Of a stretch of 64,000 bases of DNA, positions 1 through 14,133 are shown in pieces. Origin of the DNA: Eledone cirrhosa (taxonomy: Eukaryota); assembly GCA_964016885.1 (NCBI GenBank), contig OZ024740.1, positions 431,148,001 to 431,212,000 on the forward strand, given 5' to 3'. The notes below the pieces were generated by a model. The model had not been told where the DNA came from. It did no database searches and worked only from the letters and a program-made list of their open reading frames with translations. A program made the translations under genes and the position numbers. Position 1 is the stretch's first letter. Every line of letters begins with the position of its first letter.

Positions 1-3000
1 CTGACCTACATTTCATGAAATATAGTGTCCTGGGACCTGGGACACATTCCTCCCTTTACTGACCTAGGTTTCATGTAATACAGTGTCCTGGGACCTGGGC
101 CACATTCCTCCCTTTACTGACCTAGGTTTCATGTAATACAGAGTCCTGGGACCTGTGCCACATTCCTCTCTTTACTGACCTACATTTCATGAAATATAGT
201 GTCCTGGGACCTGGGACACATTCCTCCCTTTACTGACCTAGGTTTCATGTAATACAGTGTCCTGGGACCTGGGCCACATTCCTCCCTTTACTGACCTAGG
301 TTTCATGTAATACAGAGTCCTGGGACCTGTGCCACATTCCTCTCTTTACTGACCTACATTTCATGAAATATAGTGTCCTGGGACCTGGGACACATTCTTC
401 CCTTTACTGACCTAGGTTTCATGTTATACAGTGTCCTGGGACCTGGGCCACATTCCTCCCTTTACTGACCTAGGTTTCATGCAATACAGTGGCCTGGGGC
501 ACATTTCTCCCTTTACTGACCTAGGTTTCATGTAATACAGTGTCCTGTGACCTGGGACACATTCCTCCCTTTACTGACCTAGGTTACATGTAATACAGTG
601 TCCTGGGACCTGGGACACATTCCTCCCTTTAATGACCTAGGTTTCATGTAATACAGTGTCCTGGGACCTGGGCCACCTTCCTCCCTTTACTGACCTAGGT
701 TTCATGTAATACAGTGTCCTGGGACCTGGGCCACCTTCCTCCCTTTACTGACCTAGGTTTCATGTTTTACAGTGTCCTGGGACCTGGGCCACATTCCTCC
801 CTTTACTGACCTAGGTTTCATGTAATTCAGAGTCCTGGGACCTGGGCCACATTCCTCCCTTTACTGACCTAGGTTTCATGTAATACAGTGTCCTGGGACC
901 TGGGCCACATTCCTCCCTTTACTGACCTAGGTTACATGTAATACAGTGTCCTGGGACCTGGGCCACATTCCTCCCTTTACTGACCTAGGTTACATGTAAT
1001 ACAGTGTCCTGGGACCTGGGCCACATTCCTCCCTTTACTGACCAAGGTTATATGTAATAGAGTGTCCTGGGACCTGGGCCACATTCCTCCCTTTACTGAC
1101 CTAGGTTTCATGTAATACAGTGTCCTGGGACCTGGGCCACATTCCTCCCTTTACTGACCTAGGTTTCATGTAATACAGTGTCCTGGGACCTGGGACACAT
1201 TCCTCCCTTTACTGACCTAGGTTTCATGTAATACAGTGTCCTGGGACCTGGGCCACATTCCTCCCTTTACTGACCTAGGTTTCATGTAATACAGAGTCCT
1301 GGGACCTGTGCCACATTCCTCTCTTTACTGACCTACATTTCATGAAATATAGTGTCCTGGGACCTGGGACACATTCCTCCCTTTACTGACCTAGGTTTCA
1401 TGTAATACAGTGTCCTGGGACCTGGGCCACATTCCTCCCTTTACTGACCTAGGTTTCATGTAATACAGAGTCCTGGGACCTGTGCCACATTCCTCTCTTT
1501 ACTGACCTACATTTCATGAAATATAGTGTCCTGGGACCTGGGACACATTCCTCCCTTTACTGACCTAGGTTTCATGTTATACAGTGTCCTGGGACCTGGG
1601 CCACATTCCTCCCTTTACTGACCTAGGTTTCATGCAATACAGTGGCCTGGGACCTGGGACACATTCCTCCCTTTACTGACCTAGGTTTCATGTAATACAG
1701 AGTCCTGGGCCACATTCCTCCCTTTACTGACCTAGGTTTCATGTAATACAGAGTCCTGGGCCACCTTCCTCCCTTTACTGACCTAGGTTTCATGCAATAC
1801 AGTGTCCTGGGACCTGGGCCACATTCCTCCCTTTACTGACCTAGGTTTCATGTAATACAGTGTCCTGGGACCTGGGCCACATTCCTCCCTTTACTGACCT
1901 AGGTTTCATGCAATACAGTGTCCTGGGACCTGGGCCACATTCCTCCCTTTACTGACCTAGGTTTCATGTAATACAGAGTCCTGGGCCACCTTCCTCCCTT
2001 TACTGACCTAGGTTTCATGCAATACAGTGTCCTGGGACCTGGGCCACATTCCTCCCTTTACTGACCTAGGTTTCATGTAATACAGTGTCCTGGGACCTGG
2101 GCCACATTCCTCCCTTTACTGACCTAGGTTTCATGTAATACAGTGTCCTGGGACCTGGGCCACATTCCTCCCTTTACTGACCTAGGTTTCATGTAATACA
2201 GTGTCCTGGGACCTGGGCCACATTCCTCCCTTTACTGACCTAGGTTTCATGTAATACAGTGTCCTGGGACCTGGGCCACATTCCTCCCTTTACTGACCTA
2301 GGTTTCATGTAATACAGTGTCCTGGGACCTGGGCCACATTCCTCCCTTTACTGACCTAGGTTTCATGTAATACAGTGTCCTGGGACCTGGGCCACATTCC
2401 TCCCTTTACTGACCTAGGTTTCATGTAATACAGTGTCCTGGGACCTGGGCCACATTCCTCCCTTTACTGACCTAGGTTTCATGTAATACAGTGTCCTGGG
2501 ACCTGGGCCACATTCCTCCCTTTACTGACCTAGGTTTCATGTAATACAGTGTCCTGGGACCTGGGCCACATTCCTCCCTTTACTGACCTAGGTTTCATGT
2601 AATACAGTGTCCTGGGACCTGGGCCACATTCCTCCCTTTACTGACCTAGGTTTCATGTAATACAGTGTCCTGGGACCTGGGCCACATTCCTCCCTTTACT
2701 GCCCTAGGTTACACGTAATACAGTGTCCTGGGACTTGGGCCACATTCCTCCCTTTACTGACCTAGGTTTCATTTAATACAGTGTCCTGGGACCTGGGACA
2801 CATTCCTCCCTTTACTGACCTAGGTTTCATGCAATACAGTGGCCTGGGCCACATTCCTCCCTTTACTGACCTAGGTTTCATGTAATACAGAGTCCTGGGA
2901 CCTGGGCCACATTCCTCCCTTTACTGACCTAGGTTTCATGTAATACAGTGTCCTGGGACCTGGGCCACATTCCTCCCTTTACTGACCTAGGTTTCATGCA

Positions 3001-6000
3001 ATACAGTGGCCTGGGCCACATTTCTCCCTTTACTGACCTAGGTTTCATGTAATACAGTGTCCTGGGACCTGGGCCACATTCCTCCCTTTACTGACATAGG
3101 TTTCATGCAATACAGTGTCCTGGGACCTGGGCCACATTCCTCCCTTTACTGACCTAGGTTACATGTAACACAGTGTCCTGGGACTTGGCCCACATTCCTC
3201 CCTTTACTGACCTAGGTTTCATGTAATACAGTGTCCTGGGACCTGGGCCACATTCCTCCCTTTACTGACCTAGGTTTCATGTAATACAGTTTCCTGGGAC
3301 CTGGGCCACATTCCTCCCTTTACTGACCTAGGTTTCATGCAATACAGTGGCCTGGGCCACATTTCTCCCTTTACTGACCTAGGTTTCATGTAATACAGTG
3401 TCCTGGGACCTGGGCCACATTCCTCCCTTTACTGACATAGGTTTCATGCAATACAGTGTCCTGGGACCTGGGCCACATTCCTCCCTTTACTGACCTAGGT
3501 TTCATGTAATACAGTGTCCTGGGACCTGGGCCACATTCCTCCCTTTACTGACCTAGGTTTCATGTAATACAGTGTCCTGGGACCTGGGCCACATTCCTCC
3601 CTTTACTGACCTAGGTTTCATGTAATACAGAGTCCTGGGCCACATTCCTCCCTTTACTGACCTAGGTTTCATGTAATACAGTTTCCTGGGACCTGGGACA
3701 CATTCCTCCCTTTACTGACCTAGGTTTCATGCAATACAGTATCCTGGGACCTGGGACACATTCCTCCCTTTACTGACCTAGGTTTCATGTAATACAGTGT
3801 CCTGGGACCTGGGCCACATTCCTCCCTTTACTGACCTAGGTTTCATGCAATACAGTGGCCTGGGACACATTCCTCCCTTTACTGACCTAGGTTACATGTA
3901 ATACAGTGTCCTGGGACCTGGGACACATTCCTCCGTTTACTGACCTAGGTTTCATGCAATACAGTGGCCTGGGCCACATTCCTCCCTTTACTGACCTAGG
4001 TTTCATGTAATACAGTGTCCTGGGACCTGGGCCACTTTCCTCCCTTTACTGACCTAGGTTTCATGTAATACAGTGTCCTGGGACCTGGGACACATTCCTC
4101 CCTTTACTGACCTAGGTTACATGTAATACAGTGTCCTGGGACCTGGGCCACATTCCTCCCTTTACTGACCTAGGTTTCATGTAATACAGTGTCCTGGGAT
4201 CTGGGCCACATTCCTCCCTTTACTGACCTAGGTTTTATGTAATACAGTGTCCTGGGACCTGGGCCACATTCCTCCCTTTACTGACCTAGGTTTCATGTAA
4301 TACAGTGTCCTGGGACCTGGGCCACATTCCTCCCTTTACTGACCTAGGTTACATGTAATACAGTGTCCTGGGACCTGGGACACATTCCTCCCTTTACTGA
4401 CCTAGGTTTCATGCAATACAGTGGCCTGGGCCACATTCCTCCCTTTACTGACCTAGGTTTCATGTAATACAGTGTCCTGGGACCTGGGCCACTTTCCTCC
4501 CTTTACTGACCTAGGTTTCATGTAATACAGTGTCCTGGGACCTGGGCCACATTCCTCCCTTTACTGACCTAGGTTACATGTAATACAGTGTCCTGGGACC
4601 TGGGCCACATTCCTCCCTTTACTGACCTAGGTTTCATGTAATACAGTGTCCTGGGACCTGGGCCACATTCCTCCCTTTACTGACCTAGGTTTTATGTAAT
4701 ACAGTGTCCTGGGACCTGGGCCACATTCCTCCCTTTACTGACCTAGGTTTCATGTAATACAGTGTCCTGGGACCTGGGCCACATTCCTCCCTTTACTGAC
4801 CTAGGTTTCATGCAATACAGTGGCCTGGGCCACATTCCTCCCTTTACTGACCTAGGTTTCATGTAATACAGTGTCCTGGGACCTGGGACACATTCCTCCC
4901 TTTACTGACCTAGGTTACATGTAATACAGTGTCCTGGGACCTGGGACACATTCCTCCCTTTACTGACCTAGGTTTCATGCAATACAGTGGCCTGGGCCAC
5001 ATTCCTCCCTTTACTGACCTAGGTTTCATGTAATACAGTGTCCTGGGACCTGGGCCACATTCCTCCCTTTACTGACCTAGGTTACATGTAATACAGTGTC
5101 CTGGGACCTGGGCCACATTCCTCCCTTTACTGACCTAGGTTTCATGTAATACAGTGTCCTGGGACCTGGGCCACATTCCTCCCTTTACTGACCTAGGTTT
5201 CATGTAATACAGTGTCCTGGGACCTGGGCCACATTCCTCCCTTTACTGACCTAGGTTTCATGTAATACAGTGTCCTGGGACCTGGGCCACATTCCTCCCT
5301 TTACTGACCTAGGTTACATGTAATACAGTGTCCTGGGACCTGGGCCACATTCCTCCCTTTACTGACCTAGGTTTTATGTAATACAGTGTCCTGGGACCTG
5401 GGCCACATTCCTCCCTTTACTGACCTAGGTTTCATGTAATACAGTGTCCTGGGACCTGGGCCACATTCCTCCCTTTACTGCCCTAGGTTACATGTAATAC
5501 AGTGTCCTGGGACTTGGGCCACATTCCTCCCTTTACTGACCTAGGTTTCATGTAATACAGTGTCCTGGGACCTGGGACACATTCCTCCCTTTACTGACCT
5601 AGGTTTCATGCAATACAGTGGCCTGGGCCACATTCCTCCCTTTACTGACCTAGGTTTCATGTAATACAGAGTCCTGGGACCTGGGCCACATTCCTCCCTT
5701 TACTGACCTAGGTTTCATGCAATACAGTGTCCTGGGACCTGGGCCACATTCCTCCCTTTACTGACCTAGGTTTCATGTAATACAGTGTCCTGGGACCTGG
5801 GCCACATTCCTCCCTTTACTGACCTAGGTTTCATGTAATACAGTGTCCTGGGACCTGGGCCACATTCCTCCCTTTACTGACCTAGGTTACATGTAACACA
5901 GTGTCCTGGGACTTGGGCCACATTCCTCCCTTTACTGACCTAGGTTTCATGTAATACAGTGTCCTGGGACCTGGGCCACATTCCTCCCTTTACTGACCTA

Positions 6001-8346
6001 GGTTACATGTAACACAGTGTCCTGGGACTTGGGCCACATTCCTCCCTTTACTGACCTAGGTTTCATGTAATACAGTGTCCTGGGACCTGGGCCACATTCC
6101 TCCCTTTACTGACCTAGGTTTCATGTAATACAGTTTCCTGGGACCTGGGCCACATTCCTCCCTTTACTGACCTAGGTTTCATGCAATACAGTGGCCTGGG
6201 CCACATTTCTCCCTTTACTGACCTAGGTTTCATGTAATACAGTGTCCTGGGACCTGGGCCACATTCCTCCCTTTACTGACCTAGGTTTCATGCAATACAG
6301 TGTCCTGGGACCTGGGCCACATTCCTCCCTTTACTGACCTAGGTTTCATGTAATACAGTGTCCTGGGACCTGGGCCACATTCCTCCCTTTACTGACCTAG
6401 GTTTCATGTAATACAGTGTCCTGGGACCTGGGCCACACTCCTCCCTTTACTGACCTAGGTTTCATGTAATACAGTGGCCTGGGCCACATTTCTCCCTTTA
6501 CTGACCTAGGTTACATGTAATACAGTGTCCTGGGACCTGGGCCACATTTCTCCCTTTACTGACCTAGGTTTCATGTAATACAGTGTCCTGGGACCTGGGC
6601 CACATTCCTCCCTTTACTGACCTAGGTTTCATGCAATACAGTGTCCTGGGACCTGGGCCACATTCCTCCCTTTACTGACCTAGGTTTCATGTAATACAGT
6701 GTCCTGGGACCTGGGCCACATTCCTCCCTTTACTGACCTAGGTTTCATGTAATACAGTGTCCTGGGACCTGGGCCACATTCCTCCCTTTACTGACCTAGG
6801 TTTCATGTAATACAGAGTCCTGGGCCACATTCCTCCCTTTACTGACCTAGGTTTCATGTAATACAGTGTCCTGGGACCTGGGACACATTCCTCCCTTTAC
6901 TGACCTAGGTTTCATGCAATACAGTGGCCTGGGCCACATTCCTCCCTTTACTGACCTAGGTTTCATGTAATACAGTGTCCTGGGCCACATTCCTCCCTTT
7001 ACTGACCTAGGTTTCATGTAATACAGTGTCCTGGGACCTGGGCCACATTCCTCCCTTTACTGACCTAGGTTTCATGTAATACAGTGTCCTGGGACCTGGG
7101 CCACATTCCTCCCTTTACTGACCTAGGTTTTATGTAATACAGTGTCCTGGGACCTGGGCCACATTCCTCCCTTTACTGCCCTAGGTTACATGTAATACAG
7201 TGTCCTGGGACCTGGGCCACATTCCTCCCTTTACTGACCTAGGTTTCATGTAATACAGTGTCCTGGGACCTGGGCCACATTCCTCCCTTTACTGACCTAG
7301 GTTTTATGTAATACAGTGTCCTGGGACCTGGGCCACATTCCTCCCTTTACTGACCTAGGTTTCATGTAATACAGTGTCCTGGGACCTGGGCCACATTCCT
7401 CCCTTTACTGCCCTAGGTTACATGTAATACAGTGTCCTGGGACTTGGGCCACATTCCTCCCTTTACTGACCTAGGTTTCATGTAATACAGTGTCCTGGGA
7501 CCTGGGACACATTCCTCCCTTTACTGACCTAGGTTTCATGCAATACAGTGGCCTGGGCCACATTCCTCCCTTTACTGACCTAGGTTTCATGTAATACAGT
7601 GTCCTGGGACCTGGGCAAGATTCCTCCCTTTACTGACCTAGGTTACATGTAATACAGTGTCCTGGGACCTGGGACACATTCCTCCCTTTACTGACCTAGG
7701 TTACATGTAATACAGTGTCCTGGGACCTGGGCCACCTTCCTCCCTTTACTGACCTAGGTTTCATGTAATACCGTGTCCTGGGACCTGGGACACATTCCTC
7801 CCTTTAATGACCTAGGTTTCATGTAATACAGTGTCCTGGGACCTGGGCCACCTTCCTCCCTTTACTGACCTAGGTTTCATGTTTTACAGTGTCCTGGGAC
7901 CTGTGCCACATTCCTCCCTTTACTGACCTAGGTTACATGTAATACAGTGTCCTGGGACCTGTGCCACATTCCTCTCTTTACTGACCTACATTTCATGAAA
8001 TATAGTGTCCTGGGATCTGGGCCACATTCCTCCCTTTACTGACCTAGGTTTCATGTAATACAGTGTCCTGGGACCTGGGCCACATTCCTCCCTTTACTGA
8101 CCTAGGTTACATGCAATACAGTGTCCTGGGAGCTGGGCCACATTCCTCCCTTTACTGACCTAGGTTTTATGTAATACAGTGTCCTGGGACCTGGGCCACA
8201 TTACTCCCTTTACTGACCTAGGTTTTATGTAATACAGTGTCCTGGGACCTGGGCCACATTCCTCCCTTTACTGTCCTAGGTTACATGTACAGTGTCCTGG
8301 GACCTGGGCCACATTCCTCCCTTTACTGACCTAGGTTTCATGTAAT
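1..8346. repeat. Satellite array, 58-bp unit (CTGACCTAGGTTTCATGTAATACAGTGTCCTGGGACCTGGGCCACATTCCTCCCTTTA), with 51-bp variants; runs off the left edge
   Basis: CTGACC recurs at 1, 59 and 117 (period 58). Short units lack one CCTGGGA heptamer. Roughly 145 units. The array ends abruptly at about 8346. Confidence 0.98.
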
Positions 8347-8744
8347 ATAATTAATATCTCATCAATATCTCTAATATTTTGTCAGAGGACAATCTATAGA
8401 TCTACACCCATCTCACATTTGATAGGAAATTATTTTTTCTCCTCTGATTTCTGTTTTCAACGAATCTCACCTCTAAACACATCAGAAAATAAGCTCATAT
8501 TTTTAAAAATGGAGGAAGGGAGGGTGAAGCACCCTCACAGTTTTCTTTACAATAAATTTTCGCTGTTTTTTTTTTCATGTGGTTTCAATAAATCTTACGT
8601 TTTGAAAATGGCTGAGGAAGGCCACCACCATTGGTGTTTTCTTTATAAGTTTTCCCTGGGGTTTTTAATGTTTGAAATTAATCTGATCTCCAAACCTGCC
8701 AGTAATGACCTGTCTATATCTCTCACCCTTGCCCCTTTCTCTCT

Positions 8745-8870
8745 CTCAGGTATAACAGGAATCAGATGTAGTGTATAAGAGAGAAGACTGCTCTGGTATG
8801 GACATGTGATGCTCATGGTTAACAAGTGCCAAAAAATTGCAGTGGAATGAAGGTGCAGTAGAGGAAGATC
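8745..8870 (+). mobile_element. Decayed RTE LINE ORF C-terminal fragment
   Basis: Translates to GITGIRCSV*ERRLLWYGHVM, matching GIKCCVQERRLRWYGHVM of the intact element at 27817-30939. Confidence 0.75.
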
Positions 8871-9049
8871 TGAACTTAGTTCAAATCACTACAGCCCACA
8901 GAGATGGTAAAGAAAGACAAGTGGAGGGATGTTGTTCTGAAAAAGACATGTCCAACTAATGAAAGCATGGAAAAGTTGGCGTAGAATTGTGATGTCCAAA
9001 AATTGACTTTTAATATCACCGTGTAATAATTGATATTTACTGTCTATAG

Positions 9050-9535
9050 ATACTTGGTTGCAAAACAGATTTGGCAAGCCATCAGGCCCTACGAAGACCT
9101 ACCGACTAATGTAAAACAACGCAAATTGAGATGGTACGGGTACATGACAAGCTCTTCAGGGTTTGCCATGACTGTCCTGCAGGGAACAGTACACAGAGGG
9201 AGGAAAAGAGGCGAGAGGAATAGAAGGATCTGGTTGCCAGATCATTTGTGGTGCCCCAGCAGTTCCCCCAGACTACGGGACAGATGAGATGAGATGATAT
9301 ATATATATATGAGATGATACGGGCATGTGACAAGATCTTCAGGGCTTGCCAAGACTGTCCTGCAGGGAACAGTACAAGGAGGGAGGAAGAGAGTCAGACA
9401 GAGATGGGAGGACAAGATCCCAGAATAGACAGGCATGAGGAGAGTAGAGAAGCAAGAGGAATGGAAGAAGCTGGTTACCAGGTCATCTATGGTGCCCCCA
9501 ACAGTCCACTAGACTATGGAACAGATGAGAGAGAT
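9050..9535 (+). mobile_element. Two 3' fragments of another RTE (BovB-like) family with (AGATG)n tails
   Basis: VKQRKLRWYGYMTSSSGFAMTVLQGTVHRGRKRG motif. A second related copy starts at about 9315. The tails read ACAGATGAGATGAGATG and ACAGATGAGAGA. Confidence 0.75.
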
Positions 9536-9600
9536 ACTTGATAACTATTAGTCTGGTCAATAAATATTGATGGTCATCATTATTTTAATGTCTGCTTTTC

Positions 9601-9750
9601 CACACTGTAATGTGGCTGTGTAAGTAACACGGTAAAAACCTCCCAGTCCACACTGTAAATGTGGTTGGTGTTAGGAAGGGCATCCAGCCGTAGAAAACCT
9701 GCCAGATAGTCCTATACGAGTGAGACACGGTCACCCAACCAATCTTGCCT
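9601..9750 (+). mobile_element. RTE 3'-UTR-derived fragment (family B)
   Basis: CCACACTGTAAATGTGGTTGGTGTTAGGAAGGGCATCCAGCCGTAGAAAACCTGCC matches the copies at about 22360 and 18180. Confidence 0.85.
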
Positions 9751-9755
9751 TCCTT

Positions 9756-10070
9756 CTGACATGAAACTTATCACCATCTCATGGTCTTCCATCTCTTAAC
9801 TCTGACATGAAACTTATCACCATCTCTTCCTTCTGACATGAAACTTATCACCATCTCTTCCTTCTGACATGAAACTTATCACCATCTCTTCCCTCTGACA
9901 TGAAACTTATCACCATCTCTTCCCTCTGATATGAAACTTATCACCTTCTCATGGTCTTCCATCTCTTAACTCTGACATGAAACTTATCACCATCTCATGG
10001 TCTTCCATCTTTACATGAAACTTATCACCATCTCATGGTCTTCCATCTCTTCACACTTACATGAAACTGA
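9756..10070. repeat. Minisatellite with core CTGACATGAAACTTATCACCATCTC (about 31-46 bp variable units)
   Basis: About 9 tandem occurrences of the core, with two alternative spacers. Confidence 0.9.
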
Positions 10071-12321
10071 TCATCAACTTATGCCTACTTTTATATATTG
10101 GTATGAATTAAAATGATCTCTAAACTACTTACTACTGCAACATATCACATGCAAGGCCTACTGAATATTCTCAGGACTGTGCCCTCACCTACAACTAGAA
10201 TTACCACTGACATAAGGGTCTCAGGACTGTCCTCACCTACAACTAGAATTACCAATACATAGCACTTCAATGTACTCCACATTCAAACAAAAGTCCTTTT
10301 GTCCACAAACAGCCAATAAATAGTTGCTTTCTCAGTTCCCTTACACTATCTTTTTCTTCAAAGTTGGTATTCCTGTCTATTACTGAAGAACACTTGGACT
10401 TACAGCCTGTGTTTCTAAAGCAAGTATCAGTTATATTTCTTAATTCTAACAATACACTTACAAAAGTCTGAGAAATTGTGTTTAAGTGAAATGTTGTAGC
10501 CTGGATAAAACACAGAAAACCTTTTGATATACCTGCCTGGCAACAACAAGTGTTGGCTGGGTGGCATAGCAACCTATTGAATGGTATTGGGGTAAGATAT
10601 AGTGTCAATATTAAACCATCTCTATAAGATTAAATGAGCTCAATTGTCTCCTATAACAATTCCATCACAATACATATATAAAGATGATAGAACTTTAGTA
10701 CAATATAGAAATAAGATCTTCAAAGAAGAGTTAAATATCTGACTAACATATACTATAGTTATGGTAATATTTGAGAAGGACATTTATAGAGAGAATTTAA
10801 GGAAAACTTTCAGAAGTTCATCTGACATATATTATAGTTATGGTAATATTTGAAATATGAGAGCAGAATGAGACAAGTTAATTTATATACTTTCCCAAAT
10901 AATGAAATACACAAACTCAGTAAACCTAAAGACAGTGGACAAGTGTATCAAATTAGTATCCTTAGCTACTGTTGATTGATTTGACAAAGTGAACTGCCAG
11001 GTTTAAGTTGACAGAGCTTAGCTGATTGAAAACCAATAATTTACAAGTAAACATATATGTCCACATATAATAAGACAATTATATGAAAACAAGGAGACTG
11101 AAAATGTTCCTGTTTATTTTGATGTTATTCATAAAAAAACTTCTAATTAACCACAACCCTTTATATGTAGAAACCATAAAAGATAACTAAATTTAATTAT
11201 TTGACAAACAAGGCAGCAAAATAAAAGAATGAAAAAAAAAATGGCTCAGAAGAAAATAGTTTTTAACCTAAACAAGTCTCATATCACATGCATACATTAA
11301 AACTGAATTTTTCATTGTATTTTAAAATACACATTATTAGAAACTAGAGAAAATACTAAACACATAATTAATTGACATATTTAGTAAAACATAATATTTA
11401 AAGAGAAAGCTCCCAAACAGTAACAGATTGTTTCACTCAAGAGTCATGATAGAATGCTATCAGTATTTTTATTCCAAATTATAAGACATACATTTTTAAT
11501 TTCTTTGTTTTGAAAACCTAGAATAAAATTTATTCAAACAAATCTACTTAATAAAAAAAAAAGTTTTCTCAATCTTGAAAAAAAATAAGACAGTAAGAAC
11601 TAAAATTTTAAAGTTGAAAACTTGTGGCTGTACCAAAGATACACTTTGATAAAAACTGACACATGAGAGGTACAAAACTTAGTTCTTTTAAGCTTTATTT
11701 GGAAGAGTAATCAAAATTACTAAAAGCCATGTCCAACATAGTTAAGAAGAGTCTTGGTAGTGTGTTCTCCAAATTTGCAGTGGCTTTTTATTTTCTTAGC
11801 AAAGCAAAAATATCTTTTAACAGGTCCATTTAGATAAAATATAAAACCAACAGACCAACCTAGTATTATCTGTTTTTTTTTTTTTTTTTAGAAACAAATC
11901 AATAAAAGTAAATCATTTTAACTTAGCTGTTACAAATGACATTTTTCTAGATCTTACTACATCCTCAATAAAAAGAATCACCTTGGCAAACAATATTGTT
12001 TACAAATGTACATCAATGCCGACAAAATGGAAGAGTGCACAGGGCTATATATGTTTTCAAAGATGTGTATTTACATGTCTACACAAGCAATACTCCTGCA
12101 TTGAAAATCTACACATTAGGACATGCTTTCATATGCATTAAAAAGTGTGTTTATGGAGATATACATGTCAATATTATAATCTTTCACATTCTCATGAGAT
12201 TATATGTTTCATAATTTTTAATTTGAGAATAACATCAGCTATTATCCACGTCAACACCTGGAACTTAACACAAAAAATGTATTAGCAAGAGGAAAAGATG
12301 ACTGCCAGAATTAACATTAGG

Positions 12322-12324
<3 letters not shown>

Positions 12325-12369
<45 letters not shown>
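12325..12369. repeat. (TA)n microsatellite
   Basis: Direct reading. Confidence 0.95.
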
Positions 12370-12371
<2 letters not shown>

Positions 12372-13486
12372 TTGAAATCTGAAGTAACAGCAAACCAGTT
12401 TTATTGAAAGAAAATGATTCTACCTTTCCATTAATTGTATTATTATTTTACCGAATTTATTGATTCAGATTATTGGACAAATTAAAGAACTTTTTTGACT
12501 TTTTTCCCTTCTGTCCAAAATTACAATGTCCAGGGTTAAAATAAGGTATTTTTCAACAACTAAGCAGATAAGAGGAGAATGAGGAGGAGGTGGAGGAGAA
12601 CACATTTTCCATCTTTAATTAGAACTTATTTAACGAACAACTAGTCTTGAAAAGTTAAATTTATTCATGGTAATTTCATTATTCCCAGTGTGAATGTGCT
12701 GTTTTCGGCTCTAAAAATGTAAACCATCTCTAAAGCAATTAAAGCACATATTCTCAAAATAAGGTTTGCTTTCATTCAACCCTCACACTTTTTTCTACTG
12801 TTATTTGCAAAATATATAATATACAAAAAAAAATGTTTTTCTTCAGGGTAAGTTTAGCAAAGTATTTTTAATGATTTATCTTATAGAGTTGCTTTCATTG
12901 ACCAGAAATCAAGTGATTCAAAGAGAATGTGCAATGCTTAGAATTTCAAAAAGAAAAGCCTACACAAGAATTACATATCACTGCCTTCAAAAGAATCACC
13001 AGATTAAAGAACAAAGACTGTTTTAAAATCAAGAGAAGATTATTACTTTGTAGATAAAGATTGTCATAGTTACACTCAAATATTTCTTCTAATTTGTTAT
13101 ACTTTAGAAATATGTTTGCCTAGTGCATAGTAACCATGCACGGAATTTATTTAATTAAATTTTCCACAAAAGCAGTTAATTAGACATATGTAATGGAAAC
13201 AAACTGAAATATTAACAGAATTTCTTTTCTTGGCATTATTAAAAAAAGGAATCAAATAGACTTAATTATGGGTCCTAGAAAGAATAATAAAGGATAGAGG
13301 GAGTAGGAATGTGACCATAACTACAACAGTCAACTGGAGAGAGAGAGTTAAGTGGATAGGCTAAGTGATGTTGGTTGCAGCTGAGGGGAAGAAAAGAAAA
13401 ATAATAGGTGTTGTGTAATAGTAGTAGAAATAGATTTTCGTTCAGCCCACTGCTGGATTTGTAAAAAGAGAGGTAGAGAAAAATTG

Positions 13487-13633
13487 CTAATTCTGGAACA
13501 TAGAACCATCTTGAGGCTGTGATAACTTCTGATTCTCCTTCATGTACATCAATTGTCTTATTTCAGTTAGTAAATGTTTGATTGTGTAGTTTTTCTGCCA
13601 GCAATTAAGAACGCACACTTTTTTCCGATCAAC
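13487..13633 (-). CDS. UBE2V: UBE2V/UEV1/MMS2-family ubiquitin-conjugating enzyme variant, last coding exon (VDRKKVCVLNCWQKNYTIKHLLTEIRQLMYMKENQKLSQPQDGSMFQN*)
   Basis: Acceptor TTATTTCACAG precedes the exon. 147 nt ending in TAG. Aligns by eye with the UBE2V C-terminus ([32 protein letters not shown]). Confidence 0.95.
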   Translation of the reverse strand, partial: VDRKKVCVLNCWQKNYTIKHLLTEIRQLMYMKENQKLSQPQDGSMFQN

Positions 13634-14065
13634 CTGTGAAATAAGGACAAATGAGAATACAATTAAAAAGATTGGTGTAAATTTAATAGGACAATATTTA
13701 ACTAAAACATTTTTCATTCCAAATATAAAAATAATTTTCAAAATGCTTAAAATGTAATTAATTTGATATGATGATGATGATGATGATTTTTCCAGATTTA
13801 AAAATCTTGTGAAATTCCACAATTTCTAAGGATACAGAGTTTTCTAGAAACATTCAAGACAACTGTAATTATTATGTACAATGTTATATAATAAACTAAA
13901 ACATCTTGACAACTGTAATTATTATATACAACATTATATAACAAATCAAACCAATGTAAATTCCTGTATATAATAATTATAAGATTAGATCAAATATAGC
14001 TGGTTAATGGAATGAACTTCTTAATGAGAATAAATAGTATGTTTTGTAGACAATTATAGTAGAAT

Positions 14066-14133
14066 GATGGGTAATACTTCACAGCCACTTCAATCCGGCC
14101 CTGGATTGAAGTGGCTGTGAAGTATTACCCATC
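14066..14133. repeat. Perfect hairpin, 31-bp arms and 6-nt loop
   Basis: GATGGGTAATACTTCACAGCCACTTCAATCC-ggccct-GGATTGAAGTGGCTGTGAAGTATTACCCATC. Confidence 0.95.

Noticed and set aside
1-8346. CRISPR-like regular array (also considered for the other tandem arrays)
   Set aside because: The units are contiguous with no unique spacers, there are no cas genes, and the context is eukaryotic.
10267-10608. 113-aa Cys-rich minus-strand ORF
   Set aside because: No recognisable domain, a non-ATG start and no supported splice context.
13634-13822. N-terminal part of ORF 13487-13822
   Set aside because: Intronic run-in. UBE2V homology starts exactly at the acceptor at 13633.
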